Part shown: piece by piece, positions 11,630-29,111 of the stretch
How positions within the stretch are numbered: the first letter of the stretch is position 1
Layout of the letters: every line of letters starts with the position of its first letter
Sequence record: ON528735
Source of the DNA: Shigella phage ESh25
Direction: 5' to 3' (one strand)
DNA length: 64,000 nucleotides
The notes under the pieces: model-generated
Seen by the model: the letters and a program-made list of their open reading frames with translations, nothing else
What the model was told of the DNA's origin: nothing
Databases searched by the model: none
Program-made: the position numbers and the translations under genes

Positions 11630-12626
11630 TTCAAGTGTTATCTATCGTGCGATAGTTACTTCAAAATTTAGAACAGAAAAAATGTTGAATTTTTATAATT
11701 CAATTGGGAGTGGTCCGGATAAAAACACTATCTTTATCACATTTGGAAGATCAGAACCGTGGTCATCAAATGAAAATGAGGTGGGCTTTGCTCCACCTTA
11801 TCCAACTGATTCTGTATTGGGTGTAACTGACATGTGGACTCATATGATGGGAACCGTAAAGGTTCTTCCATCTATGCTTGATGCGGTTATTCCTCGTAGA
11901 GATTGGGGAGATACTAGATATCCGGATCCATACACATTTAGAATTAACGATATTGTAGTGTGTAACTCAGCTCCTTACAATGCTACTGAATCAGGCGCAG
12001 GCTGGTTAGTATATCGTTGTTTAGATGTTCCTGATACTGGAATGTGTTCAATAACATCTTTAACTGATAAGGATGAATGCCTCAAATTAGGTGGAAAATG
12101 GACACCTTCTGTTAGGTCAATGACTCCGCCTGAAGGCCGAGGAGATGCTGAAGGAACAATTGAACCCGGAGACGGGTATGTGTGGGAATATCTTTTTGAG
12201 ATTCCGCCTGATGTATCTATAAATAGATGCACGAATGAATATATCGTGGTTCCTTGGCCTGAGGAATTAAAAGAAGACCCGACTAGATGGGGGTATGAAG
12301 ATAATCTCACTTGGCAACAAGATGATTTTGGATTAATTTACCGTGTTAAGGCAAATACTATCCGTTTTAAAGCATATTTAGATTCAGTTTATTTTCCTGA
12401 AGCTGCATTGCCGGGAAATAAAGGATTTAGACAAATATCAATAATTACGAATCCTCTTGAAGCTAAAGCTCATCCAAATGACCCAAACGTTAAAGCTGAA
12501 AAGGATTATTATGACCCAGAAGATTTAATGAGGCATTCGGGTGAAATGATTTATATGGAAAATAGGCCACCTATTATTATGGCAATGGATCAAACAGAAG
12601 AAATCAATATTCTGTTTACATTTTAA
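11622..12626 (+). CDS. 8: gp8 baseplate wedge protein
   Basis: 334 aa, T4 gp8 length; overlaps gene 7 end. Confidence 0.9.
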   Translation: MNDSSVIYRAIVTSKFRTEKMLNFYNSIGSGPDKNTIFITFGRSEPWSSNENEVGFAPPYPTDSVLGVTDMWTHMMGTVKVLPSMLDAVIPRRDWGDTRYPDPYTFRINDIVVCNSAPYNATESGAGWLVYRCLDVPDTGMCSITSLTDKDECLKLGGKWTPSVRSMTPPEGRGDAEGTIEPGDGYVWEYLFEIPPDVSINRCTNEYIVVPWPEELKEDPTRWGYEDNLTWQQDDFGLIYRVKANTIRFKAYLDSVYFPEAALPGNKGFRQISIITNPLEAKAHPNDPNVKAEKDYYDPEDLMRHSGEMIYMENRPPIIMAMDQTEEINILFTF

Positions 12627-12631
12627 ATTAA

Positions 12632-12649
12632 GGGAGCCCATGGGCTCCC
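12632..12649 (+). terminator. GC-rich palindrome hairpin (GGGAGCCCA/TGGGCTCCC) followed by a T-run
   Basis: Perfect 9-bp inverted repeat then tttttcttt, right after the gene 8 stop. Confidence 0.6.
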
Positions 12650-12657
12650 TTTTTCTT

Positions 12658-12665
12658 TATAAATA
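12658..12665 (+). promoter_or_regulatory. late promoter TATAAATA for gene 9
   Basis: Exact TATAAATA about 25 nt upstream of the gene 9 ATG. Confidence 0.7.
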
Positions 12666-12689
12666 CTATAAACTCATAAGGAAACCGCT

Positions 12690-13556
12690 ATGTTCATTCA
12701 AGAACCAAAGAAATTGATTGATACCGGCGAAATTGGTAACGCTTCTACTGGTGATATCTTATTCGACGGTGGTAATAAAATTAATAGTGATTTTAACGCA
12801 ATTTATAATGCGTTTGGCGATCAGCGTAAAATGGCAGTAGCAAATGGCACCGGAGCTGATGGTCAAATTATCCATGCTACTGGATATTATCAAAAACACT
12901 CTATTGCTGAGTATGCAACTCCAGTAAAAGTTGGCACTAGACATGATATTGATACCTCTACTGTAGGTGTTAAAGTTATCATTGAAAGAGGAGAACTTGG
13001 CGATTGTGTTGAATTCATTAATTCTAATGGATCAATATCAGTTACTAATCCTTTAACGATTCAGGCTATTGATTCAATTAAAGGTGTTTCAGGTAATTTG
13101 GTAGTAACTACTCCATATAGTAAAGTTACTTTACGCTGTATTTCATCTGATAATTCTACGTCGGTTTGGAATTATTCTATTGAAAGCATGTTTGGTCAAA
13201 AGGAATCACCAGTTGAAGGTACGTGGAATATTTCTACATCTGGATCAGTTGACATTCCATTGTTTCATCGCACTGAATATAACATGGCTAAATTGTTAGT
13301 TACATGCCAGTCAGCAGATGGAAGAAAAATTAAAACAGCAGAAATAAATATTCTTGTGGATATTGTTAATTCAGAGGTCATTTCTTCTGAATATGCTGTC
13401 ATGCGAGTTGGGAATGAAACCGAAGAAGACGAAATCGCTAATATTGCATTTAGTATTAAAGAAAATTATGTAACGGCGACTATAAGTTCTTCAACTGTCG
13501 GTATGAGAGCAGCAGTTAAAGTTATCGCTACGCAGAAAATCGGGGTGGCTCAATAA
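12690..13556 (+). CDS. 9: gp9 baseplate wedge / long-tail-fibre socket
   Basis: 288 aa, T4 gp9 length and position. Confidence 0.9.
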   Translation: MFIQEPKKLIDTGEIGNASTGDILFDGGNKINSDFNAIYNAFGDQRKMAVANGTGADGQIIHATGYYQKHSIAEYATPVKVGTRHDIDTSTVGVKVIIERGELGDCVEFINSNGSISVTNPLTIQAIDSIKGVSGNLVVTTPYSKVTLRCISSDNSTSVWNYSIESMFGQKESPVEGTWNISTSGSVDIPLFHRTEYNMAKLLVTCQSADGRKIKTAEINILVDIVNSEVISSEYAVMRVGNETEEDEIANIAFSIKENYVTATISSSTVGMRAAVKVIATQKIGVAQ

Positions 13557-15361
13557 TGAAACAAAATATTAATATCGGTAATGTTGTAGATGATGGTACC
13601 GGTGACTACCTGCGTAAAGGTGGTATAAAAATAAATGAAAACTTTGATGAGCTTTATTACGAGCTTGGTGACGGTGATGTTCCATATTCAGCTGGTGCCT
13701 GGAAAACTTATAATGCTTCATCAGGACAAACATTAGCAGCAGAATGGGGAAAATCATATGCCATTAACACTTCATCTGGAAGAGTAACTCTACAACTTCC
13801 TAAAGGAACAGTTAATGATTATAATAAAGTAATTAAAGCTAGGGATGTATTTGCAACATGGAATGTTAATCCAGTTACTCTAGTAGCCGCTTCTGGTGAT
13901 ACTATTAAAGGATCATCGTCATCAGTTGAAATTAATGTTCAATTTAGCGATTTAGAGTTAGTTTATTGTGCTCCAGGACGTTGGGAATATGTCAAAAACA
14001 AACAAATTGACAAAATTATTAGTTCAGATATTAGTAATGTAGCACGTAAAGAATTTTTAGTCGAAGTTCAAGGACAAACAGACTTTTTAGATGTTTTCCG
14101 TGGAACTAGCTATAATGTTAATAACATCCGAGTAAAACACCGCGGTAATGAATTATATTACGGCGATGTATTTAGTGAAAACAGTGACTTTGGCTCTCCT
14201 GGGGAAAATGAAGGAGAATTGATTCCTCTTGATGGATTTAATATTAGGTTAAGACAGCCTTGTAATATTGGTGACACTGTTCAAATTGAAACATTTATGG
14301 ATGGTGTATCACAGTGGAGAAGTTCATATACAAGACGCCAAATAAAAGTATTAGATTCAAAATTAACGTCAAAAACTTCTTTAGAAGGAAGTATTTACGT
14401 TACTGATTTATCAACAATGAAATCAATTCCATTCTCTGCATTTGGATTAATTCCTGGAGAACCTATTAATCCTAATTCTCTTGAAGTTCGTTTTAATGGA
14501 ATTTTACAACAACAAGCTGGAACAGCCGGATATCCTCTGTTTTTGTGTGAAGGTGCTAATTCAGATACGCAAGCAGGATGTATATCTCTTGGTGGTGAAT
14601 GGAAAGAATCGAATACAGATTATTCTATAGAATATGAAGATGGAAAACCTGTCAGTCTTTTATTTGATAGAAAATTTGAATCTGGCGATATAATCGTTAT
14701 AACATGGTTCAATAATGATTTAGGAACTCTTTTAGAAAAAGATGACATTATTGAATTAACTGATGACCGTTATGTTAGTAAAGGATCATCTACTGAAGTT
14801 ACTGGTGATGTAGCCTTAACAGATTTTGATAAAATCGGTTGGCCAAATGTTGAAAAAGTTGATTCTTATACTAGAACGTATAATTCAATATCATCTATTT
14901 TCGACAGCATTTATCCTGTTGGTTCAATTTATGAAAATGCTATAAACCCAAATAATCCGGTGACTTATATGGGATTTGGTTCATGGAAATTATTTGGTAA
15001 AGGGCAGGTTTTAGTAGGATGGAATGATGATGTTACGGATCCAAACTTTGCTTTAAACAATAATGATTTAGATTCTAGCGGAAATCCTTCACATACTGCC
15101 GGTGGAACAGTTGGAACAACAACAGTGACACTTGAGAATGCAAATCTTCCTGCGACTAAAACTGATGAAAGGGTTTTAATTGAAGATGAAAATGGATCAG
15201 TTATTATTGGAGGTTGTCAATATGACCCAGACGAAACTGGTCCTATATATACAAAATATCGTGAAGACTACGCAACAACAAACTCTTCACATACTCCTCC
15301 TGCTAATATTAGTAATATTCAACCGTCTATTACTGTATACCGTTGGATAAGGATTGCATAA
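13556..15361 (+). CDS. 10: gp10 baseplate wedge / tail pin
   Basis: 601 aa; synteny; TAATG overlap with gene 11. Confidence 0.9.
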   Translation: MKQNINIGNVVDDGTGDYLRKGGIKINENFDELYYELGDGDVPYSAGAWKTYNASSGQTLAAEWGKSYAINTSSGRVTLQLPKGTVNDYNKVIKARDVFATWNVNPVTLVAASGDTIKGSSSSVEINVQFSDLELVYCAPGRWEYVKNKQIDKIISSDISNVARKEFLVEVQGQTDFLDVFRGTSYNVNNIRVKHRGNELYYGDVFSENSDFGSPGENEGELIPLDGFNIRLRQPCNIGDTVQIETFMDGVSQWRSSYTRRQIKVLDSKLTSKTSLEGSIYVTDLSTMKSIPFSAFGLIPGEPINPNSLEVRFNGILQQQAGTAGYPLFLCEGANSDTQAGCISLGGEWKESNTDYSIEYEDGKPVSLLFDRKFESGDIIVITWFNNDLGTLLEKDDIIELTDDRYVSKGSSTEVTGDVALTDFDKIGWPNVEKVDSYTRTYNSISSIFDSIYPVGSIYENAINPNNPVTYMGFGSWKLFGKGQVLVGWNDDVTDPNFALNNNDLDSSGNPSHTAGGTVGTTTVTLENANLPATKTDERVLIEDENGSVIIGGCQYDPDETGPIYTKYREDYATTNSSHTPPANISNIQPSITVYRWIRIA

Positions 15362-16020
15362 TGAGTTTACTTAATAATAAAGCGGGAGTTATTTCCCGCT
15401 TAGCAGATTTTCTTGGTTTTAGAACTAAGAAAAATGATATTTCGGTTATGAATAATCAGCCAGTAGGCGCTGTAACAATTTCACAAATAGCAAAAGGTTT
15501 TTATGACCCAAATGTAGAATCTGCTATCAATGATGTTAGAAATATGGCAGAGCAACAGGTTGGAGCTGTATTAGTTAATATAAGCGGCGTATCTCCTACT
15601 GGCGTGCAACAAACCGACTATTGGTCATTTGAAGGAACTGTTACTGATACTTCAGCCAAACCAGGTGACCCAGTTATTGTTAACATGTTTGGTATTCCAG
15701 TTAAAGCTACTAATGGAATGACTTCAATCGAATTTACCAGTGCCGTTAGAACAGCTCTACAGGAAATGGTTGCAAAATTTATTGCAATTGATTCATTTGA
15801 AGACCATCCTACCATAGGAAATAAAATACAAGTTAAGTATTTAGATAACCAAGAACATATCTTAGAACAATACTCTGATAAAGGAATTACTTTCAAACAA
15901 GAAATAATTTCTCCTTCTAAACCCGGATACGGAACTTGGCAATTATTAGGTGCGCAAACTGTTACGCTAGATAGTCACACACAACCTACGGTATTTTATT
16001 ATTTTGAGAGAATAGCATGA
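15361..16020 (+). CDS. 11: gp11 baseplate wedge / tail pin (short-fibre attachment)
   Basis: Start moved to the internal Met ([20 protein letters not shown], 219 aa) that overlaps the gene 10 stop. Confidence 0.9.
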   Translation: MSLLNNKAGVISRLADFLGFRTKKNDISVMNNQPVGAVTISQIAKGFYDPNVESAINDVRNMAEQQVGAVLVNISGVSPTGVQQTDYWSFEGTVTDTSAKPGDPVIVNMFGIPVKATNGMTSIEFTSAVRTALQEMVAKFIAIDSFEDHPTIGNKIQVKYLDNQEHILEQYSDKGITFKQEIISPSKPGYGTWQLLGAQTVTLDSHTQPTVFYYFERIA

Positions 16021-17573
16021 GTAACAATACATATCAGCACGTATCAAATGAATCAAAATATGTTAAATTCGATCCTACTGGATCGAATTTTCCTGACACT
16101 GTCACGACAGTGCAGTCTGCATTATCAAAAATAAGTAATATCGGCGTAAATGGTATTCCTGATGCAACTATGGAAGTTAAAGGAATAGCAATGATTGCGT
16201 CAGAGCAAGAGGTTTTAGATGGAACTAATAATTCTAAAATCGTTACACCAGCTACATTAGCAACAAGATTATTGTATCCAAATGCTACTGAAACTAAGTA
16301 TGGTTTAACGCGCTATTCAACAAATGAAGAAACATTAGAAGGCTCAGATAATAATTCATCAATAACGCCGCAAAAACTGAAATACCATACTGATGATGTG
16401 TTCCAAAATAGATATTCGTCTGAGTCGTCAAACGGGGTTATTAAAATATCATCAACACCTGCAGCTTTGGCTGGAGTTGATGATACTACGGCAATGACTC
16501 CATTAAAAACCCAAAAACTTGCAATAAAATTAATTTCACAAATAGCTCCTTCCGAAGATACTGCATCAGAATCTGTGAGAGGTGTAGTTCAATTATCTAC
16601 TGTTGCGCAAACTCGTCAAGGAACTCTCCGCGAAGGATATGCAATTTCTCCGTATACCTTTATGAATTCTGTTGCAACACAAGAATATAAGGGTGTTATA
16701 CGTTTAGGAACACAATCGGAAATTAACAGTAATTTAGGAGATGTTGCAGTAACAGGTGAAACACTAAATGGTCGAGGAGCTACTGGTTCTATGCGTGGGG
16801 TGGTAAAATTAACGACGCAAGCCGGTATTGCCCCTGAAGGTGATAGCTCTGGAGCATTAGCATGGAACGCAGATGTAATTAATACTCGTGGTGGACAAAC
16901 TATTAATGGTTCTTTAAATTTAGACCATCTTACAGCAAACGGAATTTGGTCGCGCGGCGGAATGTGGAAAAATGGCGATCAACCTGTTGCCACTGAAAGA
17001 TATGCGTCAGAAAGGGTTCCAGTTGGAACTATTATGATGTTTGCGGGAGATTCGGCACCTCCGGGTTGGATTATGTGCCACGGTGGAACAGTGTCAGGAG
17101 ATCAATATCCTGATTATAGAAACACAGTTGGAACAAGATTTGGTGGGGATTGGAATAATCCAGGGATTCCTGATATGCGAGGTCTTTTCGTCAGAGGAGC
17201 TGGCACAGGAGGTCATATTTTAAATCAACGAGGACAAGATGGTTACGGGAAGGATAGACTTGGTGTAGGATGTGACGGAATGCATGTCGGTGGTGTTCAG
17301 GCACAACAAATATCATACCATAAACATGCTGGTGCCTGGGGGGAAAATGGAAATAACAGAGGTTATGCACCGTTTGGCGCATCTAATGGCAATGGATATT
17401 TGGGCAATGGTAGAAGCGCCGACTGGGACAACCATTTGTTCTTTACTAATGACGGATTTGAAATGGGTGGTCCTCGTGACTCGTTCGGCACGTTAAATCG
17501 CGAAGGATTAATTGGTTATGAAACTAGACCATGGAATATATCATTAAACTATATTATTAAAATTCATTACTAA
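16017..17573 (+). CDS. 12: gp12 short tail fibre
   Basis: 518 aa; repetitive Gly/Thr/Ser-rich fibre sequence; ATGA overlap with gene 11; synteny. Confidence 0.9.
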   Translation: MSNNTYQHVSNESKYVKFDPTGSNFPDTVTTVQSALSKISNIGVNGIPDATMEVKGIAMIASEQEVLDGTNNSKIVTPATLATRLLYPNATETKYGLTRYSTNEETLEGSDNNSSITPQKLKYHTDDVFQNRYSSESSNGVIKISSTPAALAGVDDTTAMTPLKTQKLAIKLISQIAPSEDTASESVRGVVQLSTVAQTRQGTLREGYAISPYTFMNSVATQEYKGVIRLGTQSEINSNLGDVAVTGETLNGRGATGSMRGVVKLTTQAGIAPEGDSSGALAWNADVINTRGGQTINGSLNLDHLTANGIWSRGGMWKNGDQPVATERYASERVPVGTIMMFAGDSAPPGWIMCHGGTVSGDQYPDYRNTVGTRFGGDWNNPGIPDMRGLFVRGAGTGGHILNQRGQDGYGKDRLGVGCDGMHVGGVQAQQISYHKHAGAWGENGNNRGYAPFGASNGNGYLGNGRSADWDNHLFFTNDGFEMGGPRDSFGTLNREGLIGYETRPWNISLNYIIKIHY

Positions 17574-17582
17574 GGATTACAA

Positions 17583-19040
17583 ATGATTGAATTAAAAGAG
17601 TTACCTTTTGTTGATAACGTTCCTGGCGAAGGCCAGGAGCGTATTTCATGGATTAAAAATGGTGAAGAAATATTAGGAGCTAGTACTAAGTATGGAAACG
17701 ATGGATCAATGAATAGACCAACTGTTTCCGTGTTTAAAAATGTTGAGGTTCTTGACGAAAATATAGGAATTCTTAAAACAGCATTAGAAACATCCCAGGA
17801 AGATATTAAAACCATTCAGGGTATCTTAGATGTATCTGGTGATATAGAAGCTTTATCGCAAATAAGTATCAATAAAAAGGATATCACTGATCTTAAAACG
17901 CTTACGAGTGAACATACCGAAATATTAAATGGAACTAATAATACTGTCGATAGCATTCTTGCTGACATTGGTCCATTTAATTCGCAAGCAAATTCAGTTT
18001 ATAGAACGATTAGAAATGATTTGTTATGGATTAAAAGGGAATTAGGACAATATGCTGGGCAAGACATTAACGGTCTTCCTGTTGTAGGAAATAGCAGCAC
18101 GGGTATGAAGCACCGTATCATTAATAATACAGATGCTATAACTTCCCAAGGAATACGCCTAAGTGATTTGGAAGAAAAATTTATTGAATCTGATGTAGGT
18201 TCACTGACAATTGAAGTCGGAAATCTTAGACAAGAGCTTGGACAAAGACCGTCTTCATTCAGTGAAAGCATATATTCACGTGTTCATAATTTAGATCAAT
18301 CGCAGATTAATCTTAGTTCCGAAATTAAATCTATCAAAACTTCTATTGGATATCCAGGAAATACTTCAATAATCACAGATGTTAACACTAATACCCAAGA
18401 AATTTCAGCTTTAAATGATGAACTAAATAAAAGCGGAGGTGTTAAACAGCGATTAACTGTCATTGAAACATCAATTGGCTCAGATGATATTCCTTCTAGT
18501 ATTAAAGGTCAAATTAAAGATAATACTACCTCTATTGAGTCTTTAAATGGAATTGTAGGTGAAAACACCTCGTCTGGTTTAAGAGCTAATGTTTCGTGGT
18601 TAAACCAAATTGTTGGAACTGATTCTAGCGGTGGACAACCTTCTCCTCCTGGGTCTCTTTTAAATAGAATTTCAACAGTTGAAACTTCCGTTAATAGATT
18701 GAACAATGATGTTCAAAACTTACAAGTTGAAATTGGTAATAACAATTCCGGAATTAAAGGACAAGTTGTAGCATTAAATAAATTAGTAAATGGAACAAAT
18801 CCAAATGGCTCAACTGTCGAAGAACGCGGATTGACTAATTCAATAAAAGCTAATGAGACTAACATTGCTTCAATTAATCAAGAGATTCGTAGCATTAAAA
18901 GCGATGTATCTTCATTACAAAGGGATGTTCAGACTTTACAGGAAGCAGGTTATATCCCTGAAGCTCCAAAAGATGGCCAAGCTTACGTTCGTAAAGACGG
19001 CGAATGGGTACTACTTTCTACCTTTTTATCACCAGCATAA
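17583..19040 (+). CDS. wac: fibritin (whisker antigen control, Wac)
   Basis: 485 aa with long heptad-repeat region and C-terminal foldon [27 protein letters not shown]. Confidence 0.95.
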   Translation: MIELKELPFVDNVPGEGQERISWIKNGEEILGASTKYGNDGSMNRPTVSVFKNVEVLDENIGILKTALETSQEDIKTIQGILDVSGDIEALSQISINKKDITDLKTLTSEHTEILNGTNNTVDSILADIGPFNSQANSVYRTIRNDLLWIKRELGQYAGQDINGLPVVGNSSTGMKHRIINNTDAITSQGIRLSDLEEKFIESDVGSLTIEVGNLRQELGQRPSSFSESIYSRVHNLDQSQINLSSEIKSIKTSIGYPGNTSIITDVNTNTQEISALNDELNKSGGVKQRLTVIETSIGSDDIPSSIKGQIKDNTTSIESLNGIVGENTSSGLRANVSWLNQIVGTDSSGGQPSPPGSLLNRISTVETSVNRLNNDVQNLQVEIGNNNSGIKGQVVALNKLVNGTNPNGSTVEERGLTNSIKANETNIASINQEIRSIKSDVSSLQRDVQTLQEAGYIPEAPKDGQAYVRKDGEWVLLSTFLSPA

Positions 19041-19043
19041 CAT

Positions 19044-19059
19044 GGGGCCGCAAGGCCCC
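19044..19059 (+). terminator. hairpin GGGGCC-gcaa-GGCCCC after wac
   Basis: 6-bp GC stem with 4-nt loop followed by aaaggattttt. Confidence 0.55.
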
Positions 19060-19072
19060 AAAGGATTTTTAA

Positions 19073-20774
<1,702 letters not shown>

Positions 20775-20815
20775 TAAATATTATAAACTAATTAAAGCCC
20801 AGATTAGGAGAAATC

Positions 20816-23956
<3,141 letters not shown>

Positions 23957-23984
23957 TATTAAAGCATATTAAAGAGGATTAAAA

Positions 23985-25964
23985 ATGACTTTATTATCTC
24001 CGGGCATTGAGCTCAAAGAAACTACGGTTCAAAGCACCGTGGTTAATAACTCTACTGGTACAGCAGCTTTGGCCGGTAAATTCCAGTGGGGTCCTGCTTT
24101 TCAGATTAAACAGGTTACAAATGAAGTAGATTTAGTTAATACTTTTGGTCAACCAACCGCTGAAACTGCTGACTATTTTATGTCTGCGATGAATTTCTTA
24201 CAGTACGGAAATGACTTACGAGTAGTTCGTGCTGTTGATAGAGATACCGCTAAAAACTCATCTCCGATTGCTGGTAATATTGAATACACAATTTCTACCC
24301 CAGGTAGTAACTATGCAGTTGGAGATAAAATCACGGTCAAATATGTTTCAGATGATATTGAAACTGAAGGTAAAATTACTGAAGTAGACGCAGATGGAAA
24401 AATTAAGAAAATTAATATTCCTACTGCAAAAATTATCGCTAAAGCTAAAGAAGTCGGTGAATATCCGGAATTAGGTTCTAACTGGACTGCGGAAATTTCT
24501 TCGTCTTCCTCTGGTTTAGCTGCAGTAATAACTCTTGGAAAAATTATTACTGATTCTGGTATTTTATTAGCTGAAATTGAAAATGCTGAAGCTGCTATGA
24601 CAGCGGTTGACTTTCAAGCAAATCTCGAAAAATACGGAATTCCAGGAGTAGTAGCTCTTTATCCAGGCGAATTAGGCGATAAAATTGAAATTGAAATTGT
24701 ATCTAAAGCTGACTATGCAAAAGGAGCTTCTGCATTACTCCCAATTTATCCAGGTGGTGGTACTCGTGCATCTACTGCTAAAGCAGTGTTTGGATATGGA
24801 CCACAAACTGATTCACAGTACGCTATTATAGTTCGTCGTAATGATGCTATTGTTCAAAGTGTTGTTCTTTCAACTAAGCGTGGTGAAAAAGATATTTACG
24901 ATAGTAACATCTATATCGATGACTTTTTCGCAAAAGGTGGTTCAGAATATATTTTTGCAACTGCACAAAACTGGCCAGAAGGCTTCTCTGGAATTTTAAC
25001 TCTTTCTGGTGGATTATCATCAAATGCTGAAGTAACAGCAGGAGATTTGATGGAAGCTTGGGACTTCTTTGCTGACCGTGAATCTGTAGATGTTCAACTG
25101 TTTATTGCGGGTTCTTGTGCCGGTGAATCTTTAGAAACAGCATCTACTGTCCAAAAACACGTCGTTTCAATTGGGGATGCTCGTCAAGATTGCTTAGTAT
25201 TGTGCTCACCACCACGTGAAACTGTAGTTGGAATTCCTGTAACTCGCGCTGTTGATAACTTAGTCAATTGGAGAACCGCAACAGGTTCATACACTGATAA
25301 TAACTTTAATATCAGTTCAACCTACGCAGCAATTGATGGTAACTATAAGTATCAGTATGACAAATATAATGATGTGAATCGTTGGGTTCCATTAGCAGCT
25401 GATATTGCTGGTTTATGCGCAAGAACTGATAACGTTTCTCATACTTGGATGTCTCCAGCTGGTTATAATCGTGGCCAAATTTTGAACGTTATTAAACTGG
25501 CTATTGAAACTCGCCAAGCTCAGCGCGACCGTTTATACCAAGAAGCTATTAACCCGGTAACTGGCACAGGTGGCGATGGTTACGTATTGTATGGTGATAA
25601 AACAGCTACTTCTGTTCCTTCTCCGTTTGATCGTATTAACGTTCGTCGTCTGTTTAATATGTTGAAAACTAATATCGGACGTAGTTCAAAATATCGTTTG
25701 TTCGAATTAAACAACGCGTTTACTCGTTCATCATTCCGCACAGAAACTGCCCAGTACTTACAGGGAATTAAAGCTCTCGGTGGAATTTATGAATATCGTG
25801 TAGTTTGCGATACAACAAATAACACTCCGTCAGTAATTGATAGAAATGAGTTTGTTGCAACATTCTACATCCAACCGGCTCGTAGTATAAATTATATCCA
25901 ACTTAATTTCGTCGCAACTGCTACTGGTGCAGATTTTGATGAGTTAACTGGTCTTGCAGGTTAA
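23985..25964 (+). CDS. 18: gp18 contractile tail sheath
   Basis: 659 aa, T4 gp18 length; GAGG SD; synteny. Confidence 0.95.
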   Translation: MTLLSPGIELKETTVQSTVVNNSTGTAALAGKFQWGPAFQIKQVTNEVDLVNTFGQPTAETADYFMSAMNFLQYGNDLRVVRAVDRDTAKNSSPIAGNIEYTISTPGSNYAVGDKITVKYVSDDIETEGKITEVDADGKIKKINIPTAKIIAKAKEVGEYPELGSNWTAEISSSSSGLAAVITLGKIITDSGILLAEIENAEAAMTAVDFQANLEKYGIPGVVALYPGELGDKIEIEIVSKADYAKGASALLPIYPGGGTRASTAKAVFGYGPQTDSQYAIIVRRNDAIVQSVVLSTKRGEKDIYDSNIYIDDFFAKGGSEYIFATAQNWPEGFSGILTLSGGLSSNAEVTAGDLMEAWDFFADRESVDVQLFIAGSCAGESLETASTVQKHVVSIGDARQDCLVLCSPPRETVVGIPVTRAVDNLVNWRTATGSYTDNNFNISSTYAAIDGNYKYQYDKYNDVNRWVPLAADIAGLCARTDNVSHTWMSPAGYNRGQILNVIKLAIETRQAQRDRLYQEAINPVTGTGGDGYVLYGDKTATSVPSPFDRINVRRLFNMLKTNIGRSSKYRLFELNNAFTRSSFRTETAQYLQGIKALGGIYEYRVVCDTTNNTPSVIDRNEFVATFYIQPARSINYIQLNFVATATGADFDELTGLAG

Positions 25965-25972
25965 TTGATTAT

Positions 25973-25986
25973 GGGGCTTCGGCCCC
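25973..25986 (+). terminator. hairpin GGGGC-ttcg-GCCCC immediately after gene 18
   Basis: UUCG tetraloop hairpin. The track ORF start at 25965 reads through it (translated as GLRPL), which I take to be an artefact. Confidence 0.55.
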
Positions 25987-26003
25987 TATTCTCGAGGAAA
26001 CAA

Positions 26004-26609
26004 GTGATTATTTCTAAGTTTGTTACAATAAAACCAAGAAATCATTCAAAAATGTGGTCGACAATTCTGGGATATAAAGTATCATATCATGATACAGTAT
26101 CTGTTCCAATAGAATTAATGCCAAAGAATAGTAATAAAATAGTTGACGCTAAATGTGATTTGTGTGGTACTAAATTTAGTAGAAGCATTCAACTTTTAAA
26201 TAGAACACCCACACATGCGTGTAGAAAATGTAGCATTAAACAAGTTGCTATTAAAAATTCGGAAGTTCAATCTGGAATAAGCAGACCATGGCAAAGAGGT
26301 GATAAACATCCTCGATGGACTGGCAAAAGAAAAGAGTTTGCATTATATGCTAGTAGAGTTCATTCTATAACTAAGTCAGCTAAAATAAGAAAAATCTGGT
26401 CAAAATGGCCAAATGCTGATAAAATAGGAGTGTGTGGCGTAGAAGGTGCTTACCAACTCGATCATAAAGTATCTATCAAATATGGATTTGATAATTTAAT
26501 TCCGCCGGAAATTATAGCAAGCGTAAAAAATTTAGAAATAATCACTTGGGAATCTAACCGAGAAAAGTCAAAAAGAAATAGCGTAGATCTTTGGGATTTA
26601 CTAGAATGA
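26004..26609 (+). CDS. HNH-family endonuclease, candidate free-standing homing endonuclease inserted between genes 18 and 19
   Basis: Zinc-finger-like CDLCGTKF...THACRKC followed by HNH-like YQLDHKVSIKYGFDNL...NLEIITWESNREKSKRN. Start uncertain: in-frame GTG at 26004 with GAGGAAA SD, or ATG at 26052; track ORF begins 25965. Confidence 0.65.
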   Translation: MIISKFVTIKPRNHSKMWSTILGYKVSYHDTVSVPIELMPKNSNKIVDAKCDLCGTKFSRSIQLLNRTPTHACRKCSIKQVAIKNSEVQSGISRPWQRGDKHPRWTGKRKEFALYASRVHSITKSAKIRKIWSKWPNADKIGVCGVEGAYQLDHKVSIKYGFDNLIPPEIIASVKNLEIITWESNREKSKRNSVDLWDLLE

Positions 26610-26616
26610 TTCTAAA

Positions 26617-26634
26617 GGCCTGTTTCGGCAGGCC
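26617..26634 (+). terminator. hairpin GGCCTG-tttcgg-CAGGCC after the HNH ORF
   Basis: 6-bp stem with 6-nt loop immediately 3' of the HNH stop. Confidence 0.45.
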
Positions 26635-26635
26635 A

Positions 26636-26643
26636 TATAAATA
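26636..26643 (+). promoter_or_regulatory. late promoter TATAAATA, distal copy upstream of gene 19
   Basis: Exact TATAAATA 74 nt upstream of the gene 19 ATG, immediately after the hairpin. Confidence 0.55.
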
Positions 26644-26694
26644 CACTATATCCTTAATTCTTTAATTCTATATGCCCTAGGTTAAACATAGGGA

Positions 26695-26702
26695 TATAAA
26701 TA
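26695..26702 (+). promoter_or_regulatory. late promoter TATAAATA, proximal copy for gene 19
   Basis: Exact TATAAATA 15 nt upstream of the gene 19 ATG. Confidence 0.65.
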
Positions 26703-26716
26703 CTACAGAGGCTAAT

Positions 26717-27208
26717 ATGTTTGTAGATGATGTAACACGAGCGTTTGAATCTGGTGATTTTGCTCGACCTAACTTATTCCAAGTAGAAATTTCTTATCTT
26801 GGACAAAATTTTACGTTTCAATGTAAAGCCACTGCTTTACCAGCTGGTATTGTAGAAAAAATTCCAGTCGGTTTTATGAACCGTAAAATTAACGTAGCAG
26901 GTGATCGTACATTCGATGACTGGACTGTTACAGTAATGAACGATGAGGCACATGATGCTCGCCAGAAGTTCGTTGATTGGCAAAGCATTGCTGCGGGGCA
27001 AGGAAACGAAATTACTGGTGGAAAACCTGCAGAGTATAAAAAGAGCGCTATCGTTCGTCAATATGCTCGTGACGCTAAAACAGTAACAAAAGAAATTGAA
27101 ATTAAAGGTCTGTGGCCTACTAACGTGGGTGAACTTCAATTAGATTGGGATTCAAACAATGAAATCCAAACCTTTGAAGTAACTCTCGCTCTCGATTATT
27201 GGGAATAA
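26717..27208 (+). CDS. 19: gp19 tail tube protein
   Basis: 163 aa, T4 gp19 length; follows sheath gene. Confidence 0.9.
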   Translation: MFVDDVTRAFESGDFARPNLFQVEISYLGQNFTFQCKATALPAGIVEKIPVGFMNRKINVAGDRTFDDWTVTVMNDEAHDARQKFVDWQSIAAGQGNEITGGKPAEYKKSAIVRQYARDAKTVTKEIEIKGLWPTNVGELQLDWDSNNEIQTFEVTLALDYWE

Positions 27209-27215
27209 AATGAAT

Positions 27216-27229
27216 GGGGAGAAATCCCC
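27216..27229 (+). terminator. hairpin GGGGA-gaaa-TCCCC after gene 19
   Basis: GNRA-type tetraloop hairpin in the 19-20 intergenic region. Confidence 0.5.
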
Positions 27230-27240
27230 ATCCTGCTTAA

Positions 27241-28865
<1,625 letters not shown>

Positions 28866-28866
<1 letters not shown>

Positions 28867-29111
28867 TGGAAGGTTTAATTGAAGCTATTAAATCAAACGA
28901 CCTCGTAGCCGCTCGTAAATTATTTGCTGAAGCCATGGCTGCAAGAACGATTGATTTAATTAAAGAAGAAAAAATCGCTATCGCTCGTAATTTCTTAATC
29001 GAAGGTGAAGAACCTGAAGACGAGGATGAAGATGAAGATGATGACGAAGATAGCGATGATAAAGACGACAAAAAAGACAAAGACTCTGACGAAGACGAGG
29101 ATGATGAATAA
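28866..29111 (+). CDS. 67: gp67 prohead core protein with acidic C-terminal tail
   Basis: 81 aa ending [33 protein letters not shown]; position between genes 20 and 68. Confidence 0.85.

Noticed and set aside
16017-17573. Short tail fibre gene as a possible novel receptor-binding variant (518 aa vs the roughly 527 aa I recall for T4)
   Set aside because: The length difference is small and my recollection of the T4 length is not exact; without an alignment I cannot claim a divergent receptor-binding domain.
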